A stretch of 64,000 nt of DNA. Source: Cystobasidiomycetes sp. EMM_F5. Its lineage: Eukaryota. Positions 29,443 to 42,724 of this stretch are shown here, piece by piece. The DNA is taken from contig JBPGPT010000014.1 in assembly GCA_051047955.1 (NCBI GenBank), positions 310,001-374,000 on the forward strand, written 5' to 3'. The notes beneath the pieces were generated by a model. It had not been told where the DNA came from, did no database searches, and worked only from the letters and a program-made list of their open reading frames with translations. A program made the position numbers and the translations under genes. Each line of letters begins with the position of its first letter. The stretch's first letter is position 1.

Positions 29443-30830
29443 TCACAAGCGCTTCTCACACGCCTCCATCAGCCTCTTGTGCGTGTCCATGCTTCGCTTT
29501 GTCCATCTCGCGGGCACGTCTTTATCGTCTTTGGACATGTCTGCGCCGTAGAATATCTTCAGATGCTGTCATCAGCCCGCACTTTAAATCACAATATTCA
29601 GAATATTCAGACTTACTTCATAGCTAAATGGTCCTCTGTAGCCAGTCCTGAGAACCGCCGCCGTGCATTCTGAGGCAACCCCGTCAGACCCTTTGATTCC
29701 TTTTCCGTTGCAATAAACTTACCTTCGACCGGCAAATACGCACCCTTATCCGTCTCATACGGTAAGGGTCTATAATCATGGCTCCACAAACAGCGAGGTG
29801 GATCCTGACCGTTCCAAGCGGGATGGCTTTCATTGATAGGCGGATCCATTTTCTGAGCGTCCGAAATCTGAAAGTAGAAGATCTTGTCGGCCGGTATCGT
29901 GCGAGCGAGTTCATCGAGAGAGCGAGTAAGTGACGCATCCCGCTCGTCATCGCTCGAGAATCCTGCTAGCAGGCCACTCGGCTGTGAAGGGTCTGCCCAT
30001 TCTCGTCCCGTAATCTGGAAGGTGTCGAGACATAAGCCAAAATTGGGACGATTTACTGCTCGGACAGAGTAAGTCGGAATTACGTCAAACCCATAAGGCA
30101 TACTTACCTGCTTTGCAAATATCCCAAATATCCCGCCAGGTGTCATTGTATGCAGCCCAACACCACATCTGAGTATAATAAGCCGACTTTGTAGAACGCA
30201 AGGGAACGCGTCGTATGCTCACCTCATAGCCTATGCGCATACTACGGGTAGCAGCCATATCTGCCAACTCTTGCAAATCTTTGACGACAATGCTGCGGTC
30301 ACTTGTCGAGGATTTGTCATCCGTGCTCCCGACTTGCAGCATATCGCTACCGACGGCCTCCATGACATCCATCCAGACTTTGGCTTTCGCAAACTTGCCT
30401 TTGCGCTTCTGCTCGTCCGTGTAGCCCTCAAACTGGCTAAACGGCTGCAAGCACAAGACCTTCAGTCTTAGCTTGTCCAGTAGGCTTTTGACTTGTGAGG
30501 CGATTTTGAGTAGACTTTCGAGGTCGCCGGATCCATCATCGTCCGAGAGTCCCTTGTAGCTATCACCTAATTCTTGCTTGGCATAGTCTTCAAGATCCGG
30601 CATCCCCAACTCGATGGATTCAAAGCCTGCATCTGCTATTGCCTGTAGCTTTAGAGCTGTCGCGCAGCATTATTATTAGTAGACCATTAGTAGGAGAACA
30701 AGGTGGCTGGTGCATACGAAGAGTGTGAGATTTGTGCATGCCTACGAAACGCTCAGACTAGCAGTGACCACCGCCCAGAGCTTGACTTACCTGCACTAGG
30801 GGTAGCGTAACATAATGGAACTTGGATCAT
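29443..30830 (-). CDS. 3-dehydroshikimate dehydratase-like (Qa-4/QutC family, xylose-isomerase-like TIM barrel)
   Basis: HTLPLKLQAIADAGFESIEL, LQPFSQFEG, MLQVGS, RIGYE|MWCW, VNRPNFGLCLDTFQI, KIFYFQISDA, WSHDYRPLP, GYRGPFSYE. Confidence 0.75.
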
Positions 30831-31215
30831 CTTTTCAGAGCGCAGATTGAATGTCGGCAGTGCAATGAAGGCAACGAAGACAAAGAGGGGCACTTGTCGC
30901 GGATCGTCATCGTTTTCGCCACCATATATTTTGACAGCGCGACATTGTAAGAGAGCTCAATTGCATGATGACAGTAGAAATCGGCTTTCCATGCAACGAT
31001 TATATGCCTTCAGGTTGCAGTGTTACGAGTTCGCATATTTCATTGCAGCATAGCAAAAGGCTGCACTTCGCTAGTATAACACGTTGCAATACTGAAGGGC
31101 GAGACTGCGGGAAACAACTTGACATCTCACAACATGACCGAGTAGAATTGAGCCCGGGTGCCCACCATAATCCGTCTAGCGCTGAGCGAGCCGGATTCAA
31201 CCAATCGCCTTGTTA

Positions 31216-33567
31216 TCATAAATGGGCGTGCTGTGTAGACTTGTGCGAGCCAGACAGCGGTTCGTACATATGACTGATGATATGCGATTTTAGTTGGTCT
31301 TCGGACATATTTCGCAAGTCGGACGCTCTATCAATATTTAGCTTTTGGCATTGCTTGATGACTCGGTAAGCGACTGCAGCGAGAAATTCGCATCAGTTTA
31401 GTATGAAAGTATTCTAATGGACTGGTACCCACTCGTAGCTGAGACTTCTCTGATCCTTTCAAGTCCCGGGTACAGCAAACCTGCAGACTGCTCTGCAGCA
31501 TTCAGCGAGTCCGCGAGAGCATTGGCAGCTGTGTGAATGAGAGACTCGGGTATCGTTTGACATTTCGCCAGGATTGTTCCAAGGCCTAGTCCCGGAAATA
31601 TGAAGACGTTGTTGCCTTGTTGGTTGACCATTCCTTTCCCTTGATAATGCACATCCGGGAACGGACTTCCACTGGCAAAGAGGACACGTCCTTCTGTCCA
31701 TTGCACAGCCTGCTCAAAAGTACATTCGGCTTGAGTAAGTGGATTGCTCAATGCGAATACTATCGGCCTCTTGTTGGTCTTGGCAAGGTGCTGCAAGATT
31801 CGCTCATCGAAGGCGGATCTGACGGTTGACAGACCCAGCAGGCATGTCGGGTTGTAATGCTCCACCACTTGCTGCAGACTGCGCAATTTGGGTGCATCTG
31901 GCGAAGTCTTACTGAAATAAACCTTGTGCGCAGGCAGCTTGTCTCCTCTGTTGTTCGCGACCAAACCTTTGCTGTCGACGAGTGTAATCATGTCCTTGGC
32001 TTGCTGCTCAGACACACCCTGCTGCACGAACCACTCGGCAATCTGGTCCAGATAAGTCTTAGTTTGCTGGTCGATGACACTCTGCTCCACGACGAGCTAC
32101 CTACCAATCTCGCAATCCCTACACCGGCAGAACCAGCTCCGAAGAATACTATGCGGTGTTCGGCTATCGGCGTCTCGCTGATCTTAATCGCGTTAATGAG
32201 ACCGGCTAATGAGACGGCTGCCGTCCCTTGGATGTCGTCGTTGAAGGTGGGATAATTTTCTCTGTGCTCCGCTAGAAGATCGAACGCCAACTCTGTCGAG
32301 AACTGCGAGAACAACGCGGCATGTCAGTCGAGAGGAACGCTGAAAAATTGACAGATTTGCGCTCACATCTTCGAATTGAACGACGACACCCGGCCAGCGC
32401 TGTTGTGTCGCGAGCATAAACTCCTTCACAAATTCCTTCTCTTCTAGCGGGGTTACTCTGTTTTGTCTCAAGCCCATGTATAGCGGATCTTGCAGCTTCT
32501 CGGCATTGTTTGTGCCAACGTCCAGGACGACTGGCAAGGTTTTGGTCGGGTGAATGCCTGCGCATGCCGAGTACAGCGCGAGTTTGCCCATAGGGATGCC
32601 GACACCGTCATTCCCAAGGTCTCCGAGACTAAATCGTCTCATCAGCTATTGCTCTTGCACCAATTCCAGCAGCATAACCAACCCAAGAATACGTGATCCA
32701 TCTGTGACGACGATGATACTGACGTCGCCAGACACTTGCGAGAGTATCTTGCTTAGATTGCCCTTTTGATTGTGATTTAAAAATAGGGCATTTGAAGTGA
32801 AGGAGAAGACATGGCTGTATGGGGCGAGAGATGCTTTCAGATGACCGTTTTATATTTTACTTGTCTGTCCCTCACCTGTATCTGATGCACGCTTCGCCAA
32901 TCGTTGGAGTGTAGACGAATGGCATCAACTCGCGTACATTGTCGATAACTGTCCGGTAGAACAGATCTTGGTTTGCGGCTTGGAGGGAGACAAGATACTG
33001 CAGTCATAGGCATGAACACATCGGTAAAAGTCATTCACATCGCTTGAAGAGCCAAGACTCACCTCGTATCTATCTAGATCTGTCGCCTTTTCTCTCAGTC
33101 TCTTGAGCACGCGCTCTTTCTGAACCTCGACATCTCCGACAGAGGGCGGAAGCGAGCGAAGAGCAACCATTTTGTCGTTGTTAGATGTAATGGAAACCGG
33201 AACTGCGTACACAAGCCTGTCAGAACACGCCGAAAATATTTTGCCACTGTAACAGCTCGAGCTCCATCACCTCGAGACTTGTTGTCGCTTGGCTGAAAGT
33301 AGAACGGGACTTTGTAGGCAGCAGAGGTAGCTTCAATATCGTCGCCTGTGAGGAGGCAGACGGGAAAGAAACGCTCCGTCGTCAGCTTTTCGACATTCCA
33401 AAAAAACTTGTTCCGACGAGGTTCGGAAAAGGCCGCCCGGGTTTTTGCTCCTTACTCGTGACTGCCTTGTTGCGCGCAGACGACGCGATTAATCTCAGAG
33501 CTTGACTAGTGTTTATAAGGCTTCGTCGCAGTGCAATGCTGGCAGCTTGCCTTGACGACGCGAGCAT
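31216..33567 (-). CDS. MAE1: Malic enzyme (malate dehydrogenase, decarboxylating)
   Basis: [96 protein letters not shown]. Confidence 0.92.
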
Positions 33568-34145
33568 GGGAGAACGGTGTTTGCAGCTCGCCAAACTTTT
33601 GCGACGGTCAGATGACCGGACCACCTCGAGAGACGCCTTGGACTTCGCCTAATAAACGCTGTGGACCGAGCTATTCCCAACCGGAGCTGTATAATCCTTA
33701 CCACAGGTTCACATTCGTTCTTTCCAAAAAGCAATGAAGCATGCCCACCATGGCTCTCATTCGAGAACGCCCTCCGTTGTTGCCCTGCCTTGACTCGCAG
33801 TGTACCTGACACCGGGATTATGGGACAACACGTCTGCAATGGAGGGTAACGAAGAAGAGCCACTGCGTGTACGGTTTATAAGACAGCGTGTTATGCTCAA
33901 AGCCTTGTTTCGATTAGACCGTTTACAACTCTTGTGCCTCGCAGTCTCGCGTACAGTGCTCGTCTTTGTACGCAACACAGCCAGCCGACCATACGAGCTG
34001 AGCGAGACTAGGATGTTTACTGCGCCTGAATAGCAACAACGAGGGCTGGAGGGCAACACTGCACGGCTCTGACTCTGGCAGCATCGATAGTTACGTTCGA
34101 CCAGCCTGACAGTACATCGCTGGTACCGTCTTCGTCGTCTTCAGC

Positions 34146-35594
34146 ATGGAGGCTGCCCAGGCGGAGAATGATCGCATTATGCGTGCATATAGTCAGCGGG
34201 TGTCCTTGCTTGCTCGCTGTCCACAGCTAACACGAAAGACAGCCAAAGACCGCAAGATTGGAGAGGGAACATGTATGTCATATTTGTAGGCAAATCACGC
34301 CTATAGACGCTAATGCCTGTCGACAGATGCTGTTGTATATTTGGGTAGGCTAGCATCTGGGAAGTTCTACGGCAACACGTCTGAGGGATCCATGCAGGAC
34401 GCCAAATAGCCACCGGTCGAAAGATTGCTATCAAAAAGCTCAAGGTTGGGCAGTTCAAGGGTGAGCGGCTACTGCAAGTAGTCGTCGCTTTTCAAGTCTG
34501 ACTAATCAGATATTCTTGCAGACGGACTTGACATGTCTGCTATTCGGGAGGTCAAGTTTCTGCAAGAACTACGACATCCGAACATTATTGAGGTGACTAG
34601 CGTCAAGCACTGTGCCGAGACTAAAGTCTGACCATTCATGCTCCCTGCAGCTTCTCGACGTTTTCTCCAACAAGACCAATCTAAATCTCGTGCTGGAATA
34701 CCTAGATACAGATCTGGAGGCAGTCATTAAGGATAGGTCACTTGTCTTTCAAGCAGCAGACATAAAGTCATGGATGGCAATGACGTTCAAAGGACTCGAA
34801 TTCTGCCATCGGAACTGGGTGCTTCATCGAGTACGCCTAGCTTATTGAAACTCGGGCAGTGCTAAACAGCAATAGCTAACTATGCTGTTTTTGCGCCTGT
34901 GCAGGATCTCAAGCCGAATAACTTACTGATAGCGTCAGATGGTCGCCTGAAGCTGGCCGATTTCGGTCTCGCTCGAGAGTATGCAAATGCCGACGCAAAG
35001 ATGACGCACCTCGTCGTTACGCGGTGGTATCGTGCACCAGAGCTGCTTTACGGCGCGCGGTCATACACGGACGGGGTGGATAATTGGGCAGCGGGCTGCA
35101 TCTTTGCCGAACTCATGCTTCGACTACCCTACCTGGCTGGAGAGAGCGATTTCGACCAGATGGCAATCATCTTTCGTGCATTGGGCACTCCTACCGAAGA
35201 GGAATGGCCTCAGTTCAAGACGCTCAACGACTATGTCGACTTCAAACCTCAGCCCAAGCAGGATCTACGAGCGCTCTTCACAGCGGCACCGCCAAATGCC
35301 ATCGATCTGCTACAAAAGCTCCTAGTCTTCAATCCGCGCAAACGAATATCGGCTCTTAATGCTCTCAAACACTCATACTTTCATTCAGCACCCCTGCCCA
35401 CGCACCCTGCCAAGTTGCCTAAGCCCACAGCTGAACTTGTCCCACGAGCTATTCCTCCGTCAGAAGTGGAGAAGCCGCAGATTGCAGAGGTCAACAAGAA
35501 GCGCAAACCCGAGGCAGCGGCAGATGGAGACGCAAAAGATCCGCCAATACCAAGCTTTAAGATCAAGCTAGCGAGGAAGCTCACGTATGATTGA
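34146..35594 (+). CDS. KIN28: TFIIH/CAK cyclin-dependent kinase CDK7
   Basis: IGEGTY|AVVYLG, IAIKKLKVGQFK|DGLDMSAIREVKFLQEL, HR|DLKPNNLL, DFGLAR, MTHLVVTRWYRAPELL. Confidence 0.95.
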
Positions 35595-35780
35595 GCCTGG
35601 GGCGGAAGGAGAATATCGCATATCTCAGGCGTGATTTAGCATACAGTACTGTCGTTGTACAACTACCGCTGCTCTTACTGCTACTTCTTCTACTACGGCA
35701 TTCTGAATGCGGTATGCATCATCGTACTGACTGCGTACGAAGAGGGTGAAAAGGTGTTCATGGTGTGCTCGTCGTACAGA

Positions 35781-36461
35781 TTACTCTGGCGACGGTGAGT
35801 CGGTCACTCTAGCACCCGCTTTCTCCTTGACATATCTGCCCATCTGGACGGCCTTTACAACATGTCCGCACTTCTCGTAGAAGCCTGGTGCGCTAGTCAG
35901 CGGGGTTGGCAAGAAGGAATATGCACAAATTGGACTCGCCAGTGTTTTCCTTGTTGCAGTCCAGAATGCACTTGTAGTTACCCAGCTTCTCCGACAAGTG
36001 ATTGAGAGCCTGAATGAGGTATAGACCAATGCGCTTCCCCTGCATGCTCTTGCTGACTGCGATATCTTCGATGTGGCCAATGGAGCTGCCACCGCGAATA
36101 AACTTGAGCTCGTTAACGACGGAACCTGTCGCAACAATCCTATCTGTCTTCTGATCCACTACGACGAGCATGTAGTATGTGTTTGGGATGGAACGCATCT
36201 GGTCAAATAGCTTGACCCATGCCTCTTCGCCAATGTCGGACGTGAACGTCAGGTCAGCCAGTGGTTCCAGGTGCCCCCTAGCATAATCTGTACGGGCCAG
36301 TGGGCGTAACTGTCGTGCAGCTAATCAGCCCAAATCCGACAATTTTGGTCCCACGTCCAGCACACCTCCAGACCGCGCTCAGCTAGTGCGGCAGCGTCTT
36401 CGGGCGATACGAGCGATACATCAAACTGAAGATCGAGTTCCGAAGTGGGAGTGAGCGGCAT
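35781..36461 (-). CDS. GNA1: Glucosamine-6-phosphate N-acetyltransferase
   Basis: LRPLARTDY, IVATGSVVNELKFIRG..GHIEDIAVSKSMQGKRIG..YKCILDC..GFYEKCG. Confidence 0.93.
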
Positions 36462-36764
36462 GTCGATAGTTGTCGAGGGGCGTGCTATATGTTTGGATTG
36501 TGACGGTTTATACCAAGTATCGGGAATCCGTCAGACAGACAGCAGACACAGGTTCAGATTCAGATTCAGGTTGGGCTTGGACACAGTCAAGGATGGAGCC
36601 GACTGGCCAAGCAGAACCAGCGTCCAACGACAGCTCGTCGTCCAAACTTGCTCACGTGCTTCAGCACTTTTGACACGTGTGACCGTTTTCCGAGCGCTCC
36701 GACTGCTGCAGCTGAGCTGACCTGCTCCATATGAGCACTGAAATGCCACGGAGATTGTCTGAAC

Positions 36765-37980
36765 ATGACTGGGCTGAGGTTGGCCGATCTCCGCTACATA
36801 GCGGCCCCGATGGTGAGCACCAATTGCGAGATCGCAAAGGTTGTATTACGGTCCGTAGCTAATGCAGCATGAGCCAGGTTGATGCATCAGACCTCCCCTT
36901 CCGGGCGATGTGCATGGCTAATGGAGCCACCGCGACTTACACCCAGATGTACATTCCCGAAAAGCTATTCAACGATGTCCAATATCGGGAAAGAGCTCTT
37001 AAAGATTTGGAGTACGAACGCGACTTCTTCAATCCGGCAACAAAGCCACCTACTATGGTACAACTAGGAGGCCGAGACATCGAGGAACTCGTCCGTGCTG
37101 CAAAACTGTTCGAACCGCTATGCCAGGGCATTGGTACGTTTGACTGAAGGAAGACAGCTGCCTTTATCGTTTACTGATGTAATAGCTTCCAGATATTAAT
37201 GCCGGTTGCCCTCAGACCCGAGCTATTACGGCCGGCTACGGTAGTGCTCTGCTCGCCCAATCGCAGTGGTCACATCTTGCACAATGTAGTAGGTGCGGCT
37301 TCACTCACAAGGAGCGATGCATCCATTGTGTAACATTTGGATACAGTCTCTTCACTTCGCAGCAATGTTGCCGTTCCCGTATCCGTCAAAATTCGCTTGT
37401 GCAACCCTGTGAACGAGACCGTTACCCTTGCCCGATTGCTTGAGCAGGCTGGCGCATCGTATATTACTCTTCACGCGCGCTTCCCGTCAGCGAACCGGAG
37501 ACGACATGGTCCTGCACAGCTCGAGTACGTGTCAGCGCTGAAGGGTGCCGTGCAGATTCCGGTCGTCAGTAATGGAAACGTTAGAGCCGTGAAGGACATC
37601 AGTGCAAATCTCCTCAGTACGGGCGCAGACGGCATCATGGTTGCAGAAGAGCTGTTGAGAAATCCACAGTGCGTACTTGCGCGATCACTTATCAATCTTG
37701 CGAGACTGACTACCTCCACAGCCTGTTTGCGGAGGAACAACCTGACCCATTTGAGCTGGTCGATAAATATCTTGAAAACTGTCAACGCTTCTCGGGATCT
37801 GCCACCATTACAACAATTCAGCAGCATGTCCACTATTTCTTTGAGCAGGATCTACTCCCGAAAGCTTGGTCGTCAATTATTCGGAAAGGCATCGCGTCAT
37901 GCGATAGTGTGCAGTCTCTTCAGAACAAAATCAAGATCTTGAAGCCATCCCTTCATGTGCATAAGCATCAAGCGACATGA
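36765..37980 (+). CDS. tRNA-dihydrouridine synthase family (Dus1-like)
   Basis: IAAPMV..SDLPFR, VQLGG, DINAGCPQ (catalytic Cys), VSVKIRL, ITLHAR, PVVSNGNV, ADGIMVAEELLRNP. Confidence 0.88.
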
Positions 37981-38157
37981 GGTTCGCGTGGGGGAGTGCT
38001 GTATAACGTCTCGCATGTGCAACGGCGCGCCGAACGGTCGGAGAAGGTGGGTTCGGCAGTCTGAACTCTATGCACGAATTGGGCTCTGCAATGATCCGCC
38101 TGCTGCCTCGTGCACAGACACCTACTGAATGCAAGATTGTCGTTCATTACGGCCAAC

Positions 38158-40063
38158 ATGGACAAATTCGACGACAAGCAGGATTATGTTGAACTGCAGG
38201 GGCTTTTAGCCGACTCACCCGACACGCCACTGCACACTGCAGACGCTTTCCAGACTATCAAGTCGAGCAGACATGCACCCATCACACCTTTGCCATGGCT
38301 ACAATTGGGCTTCGTAGCACTCTGGCGGTCGTCTCAGCCGCTGGTCTTTGCGGTCATTTCGCCGTATATCAATCAATTCCTAGTACAAGAGATCCATGTC
38401 TCTGACGAGGCATGTACATCCGCAAGCCAGTACGCTCATCGTAGCTTACTTTCGTTCTGCTCGACAGGTTCATGTCGGCCACTACTCCGGCTTGTAAGTT
38501 TTCTTCCGTTCAATTCGCTGTCGCCTGTTGATCGTCGAGGTTGCAGCGTAACGAGCGCAACAGCCGTAGGCATGTGCCTCGGACTGTTTGTATCTGCCAG
38601 CTTGAGTGATAAGTATGGGAGAAAACCTGTCGCTCTCATTGGCATAACGTCGAGCAGTATATTGTGCATCCTGCTTGGTACAGCAAAGCAATATTGGCAG
38701 CTCGTAGTGATCAGATTCTTTATGGGATTGACTGGAAGCGCTCAAGCAGCGTAAGTGATCCAGTAGCTGCTGCTCATTCTAGCCTGACGGCCTTTGTCGC
38801 AAAGTACTGCAAAAGTCATGGTCTCGGAGGTCAGTCAGGTCGCTTCATGTATTATGCATTGTGCTTACCCTGCTGTAGTTCTGTGACAGCACAAATGTCG
38901 CAAAGGGTTACGCCTTTGTCGGTAAGTGAAAGATTTCGTACTTGATATGCGGCCGCTGAGCGTGGGCTTCCGTAGGTTTGGGCTGGCAGATAGGCTGTCT
39001 CATAGCTCCGATTCTGGGTGGAGTACTGAGTGAGCCTGCTAGAACATGGCCAGGAATTTTTGCGGGAACATGGTTCGAACGCTACCCTTTCGCATTGCCG
39101 GGCATGGTTGTTGGAGCAATACCCTTGATCGGTGTCGTCTTTGCCATCTTCCTGGCTGAGGAATCGCATCCTGAGCTACGCAAACCCAAGGTCGGTTCTC
39201 TCAAAGGCTTCGATAAGTCCCATCAAATCGAGCGAATGCAAGTCAAATCAGGGTCGACAAACAGCATCCTGCAGAGGATACGTGACACGATACGACCATC
39301 GGACGGGTCGCCCAACATTTTCTCGTGTGGTGTAGCATTTATTCTCCTCCTCTTTGCTCTGCTTATCATGAACATAGTGGGATCGGCAGTGTCCGAACTT
39401 CTTCTCTTCTTCTCCTCTCCTGCGATCGGCGGTTTAGGCTTGGACAAGGGGCAAATGAGCATCATACTTTCCGTTCGCCCTTTATTACTGTGCTTCTACG
39501 AGTGGGTTGAGTGCTCAATGTCAAGCACGTCTACTTCAACTGAGATGACCGCTTTCAGAATCAATTGTTTCCCGCGCCTTGTGCGAAAGTTTGGTACTGA
39601 GCGCTTAATGCGCATTCTGGTCTGCATATGGCCAATCTATATCGGCGTATACTTCTGCCTGGCTTCCGCATCTTTGGCGGGTTTTGCGACTCCCGCCGTC
39701 GAAGTCTGTGCGCTCGGGCTGGCACTGCTTCTGCAGATGTTAGGCAATCCAGCGTTCATCTGCGGCGATGTACTCATTCCGGCCCGCGCGCCAATTTCAA
39801 GGCAATTGACGCTGTGCGTGACCTTTGGCGAATTTCTCGGTCAAGTCGCAGTCACAATTGGTGCAAGCGGTGGAAGTACACTTTTCGCCCATGGTGCCGC
39901 GTTGCCAGATGGAGACTGGCTGAAGGCTAAACTCGTATGGCTCGTTCTCATCGCGACGACAAGCTTCAGCGCACTTCTCACCCAGCGCCTGACTCACATC
40001 GATGGATGGCGGGAAAAAGAGGAAAAATTTGGTGACAGCCTAGATACCCATTTGACCGATTGA
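38158..40063 (+). CDS. MFS transporter (ZIFL/YCR023C-like), paralog 1
   Basis: TPLPWLQL, ISPYINQF, MFS motif A LSDKYGRKPV, IAPILGGVLSEPA..FERYPFALP, GGLGLD; multiple hydrophobic segments. Confidence 0.85.
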
Positions 40064-40406
40064 CGAGTTCGTTCGCGATGGCTGCAGCCGTTGTAATCCC
40101 TTCTTGCGAACCCAGAACCCTTTCTACATACTGATTATCACTGCTCTGACTCGCACCTTTCAGTGACGGTACTGTCGCATAGAGGTCTCTGTTAATTGAC
40201 AGGTAGACCGGAAGTCTGCCGTACTTGATATGCCACAAAGTACACGCACAGGACTCACCGGCATCAGTCCGCGCAATCCATTCACTCTCGTGTTACGTCC
40301 ACTGAGCGACCGCTACACTGCACCTCGCATAGCTGCTAAGCTCTCTACCCGCAGATCTGTTTCACTCGCCTCAGCAAAAAAATCGATTCTCCCCACTATA
40401 CCAAAT

Positions 40407-42306
40407 ATGCTGAAAAGTTCGCCAGAGCGGCAACCTCTACTGTCCCCCTCAACCATCCACCGCTTTTACACTCAGGAAACAGAGTCGCTTGTGCCCTATG
40501 GGAGGGATGAACGCCGTGAAGCAAAATCTGCGCAAGTGCCCTGGCTGCAACTGTCTTTCGTAGCGATATTTAGAGCAACTCAGGTGAGCGCACCGATGCT
40601 GGGGTTACATGGTTGGAGGTGACTTTGACCTGTGCAGCCCCTCTATTTCGGCGTCGTCTTGCCATTCCTGAACGCTATGCTCGTCAACGAGCTTCAAGTA
40701 TCAGATGAGGTTCGTAAAACATTATTTACAGTATGTGCGAATGAAGCAAGCTGATTACCTTTACGTAGGCCAATGTCGGTTATTGGTCAGGCCCGTAAGT
40801 CATAGCATGTCCCGTAAATTAAGTCCGAGCCTGAAGCGGGACATTTCGCAGACTCGAGGGCGCCATGCCCATCGCAATGATGCTGGGACTATTTCTGTTT
40901 GCTGCAATGTCCGACAAATATGGGAGGAAATGGGTCACACTTATCGGCGTCGGTACAAGCAGTCTCTTCTGCATTGCATTTGGCTTCACCAGGAACTACA
41001 ACCAGCTGCTGTTACTGCGCTTCGCTATCGGTTTTGCCAATAGTGCACAAGGAGCGTGAGTACCAGTCGAGGACACTCCACCCGCAGAGTCGTGAATTTT
41101 CCTGTTCACCAGAACAAGCAAGACTATGGTGTCTGAAATTTGCAATAAAGACACTTTGGCACGCGGATACACTGTTACTTGTGAGCAAGAAACGCAGTTG
41201 CGATAACACATGATGATTATTGATTTTTGATTCTGGCAGCTCTCGCATGGCAGATTGGCAGTTTCGTTGCACCGCTGATAGGCGGCATCGCAGCTCATCC
41301 CGCCATGGTCTGGCCATACGCTTTCAAGGGCACAATCTTCGAAAAATACCCTTACGCACTGCCGGGCGTGATGGTCGCTGCCCTGCCGTGTGTCGCGGTA
41401 ATCTGTGGTATTTTCTGGTTTGAGGAGACGCATCCGGGATTAAAGCTGAAGAGATTCTTGAGCTTGCATGATCTCCAAGACAAGGCCAAAACAGAGGTTT
41501 CAGTGTGCGACACGACTGTTACGCGTGCACCACGATCGGTGCTTTGCAATCTGCGAAGCGGTCCGCAAGCAGCGACGGAAGAGCCCGGTCTCTTCTCATG
41601 TGGTCTCGGTTTCATACTCATGATCTGGATTCTTCTGGTTCTCAACATTTGTGGCTGTGGAGTATCTGAGATCTTGCTGTTTTTCTCATCACCAAAAGTG
41701 GGTGGACTCGGGTTCAATCATCAGCAGTTAAGCGAGATTTTGGCGATTAGACCACTCATGCTCTGCTTCTACGAGTCGGTCTAAACATCTTCTGCCTCGA
41801 GTTTGCTAGGCTGATTGTACTCTTGTGACAGGTCGACAGTCTTCCCAAAGCTGGCAAAGCGCTTCGGTCCTGAAAGGCTTTTGCGGATGCTTATATGCAT
41901 TTGGCCATTCCACGTCGGGTGCTACATGGCCCTGGCGTGCATCGTGACAGCGGGTGTGACATCGCAGACTCTAATCTACGGTCTGCTCGGCACGGCACTG
42001 GTTCTGCAGATGCTGGCCAACCCATCCTTCATCGCAGGAGATTTGCTAATTTCTGCCAGAGCCCCGTCATCGAAGCAGCTTGCGATGAGTGTGACGATGG
42101 GAGAATTCGTAGCGCAAATCTCTTGGTTTGTCGGTGCAAGCGGAGGAAGCGCACTCTTCGCCAAAGGAATCACCTTGTCTGACGATAACTTCATGAAAGG
42201 TAAGATCATTTGGGTAGTCGCGCTGGTGTCGACGACCTTCACAGCGATAGTGACGCAACGGCTCACCAAGAAGAATGGATGGCGCGAAAAGGAAGAAGAA
42301 AATTAA
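40407..42306 (+). CDS. MFS transporter (ZIFL/YCR023C-like), paralog 2
   Basis: VPWLQL, MSDKYGRKWV, VAPLIGG..FEKYPYALP; collinear with paralog 1 to the C-terminal TQRLT..GWREKEE. Confidence 0.85.
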
Positions 42307-42724
42307 AGAAACAATCCAGCGGTTGAGCACAACTAGTTCGAGAAACCGAGCTTACGTCTCATCTGACGTTCTAGAAAACTACACTTAGAAGTGCCTGTTT
42401 GCATTCTACTTACGCGATAGATACGATAGATCCAGCAAAATCACAAACCAACTCTTGCACGCCCCATGCCAGCAGTGTTGCTTTTCAATTGCGATATCGC
42501 CATTAGCTCCTCTGGCTTTTAGCGTGTGACGAGATCGTCAGCGTTGCGTGACGGGCAGTGAATGCGAAGTGCCAACGCATTGTCACATGTAGTCAATCGT
42601 CAGCCTAGACTCTCCCAGTTGTGTGCATGGCCGGACAGTACGAATGAACGAAATGACCTCCCAAAAAAAAGTGTCGGAAATGCTACGACAAAGATGCCAC
42701 AGACTACAACGAAGGATGTGGTGT

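Noticed and set aside
29443..29460. C-terminal -KRL of the dehydratase as a PTS1
   Set aside because: Lys at the -3 position is outside the canonical consensus, so support is too weak.
36548..36572. Short (TTCAGA/TTCAGG) tandem repeat in the GNA1/Dus spacer
   Set aside because: Only about three units; simple slippage is sufficient and it has no CRISPR or telomeric character.
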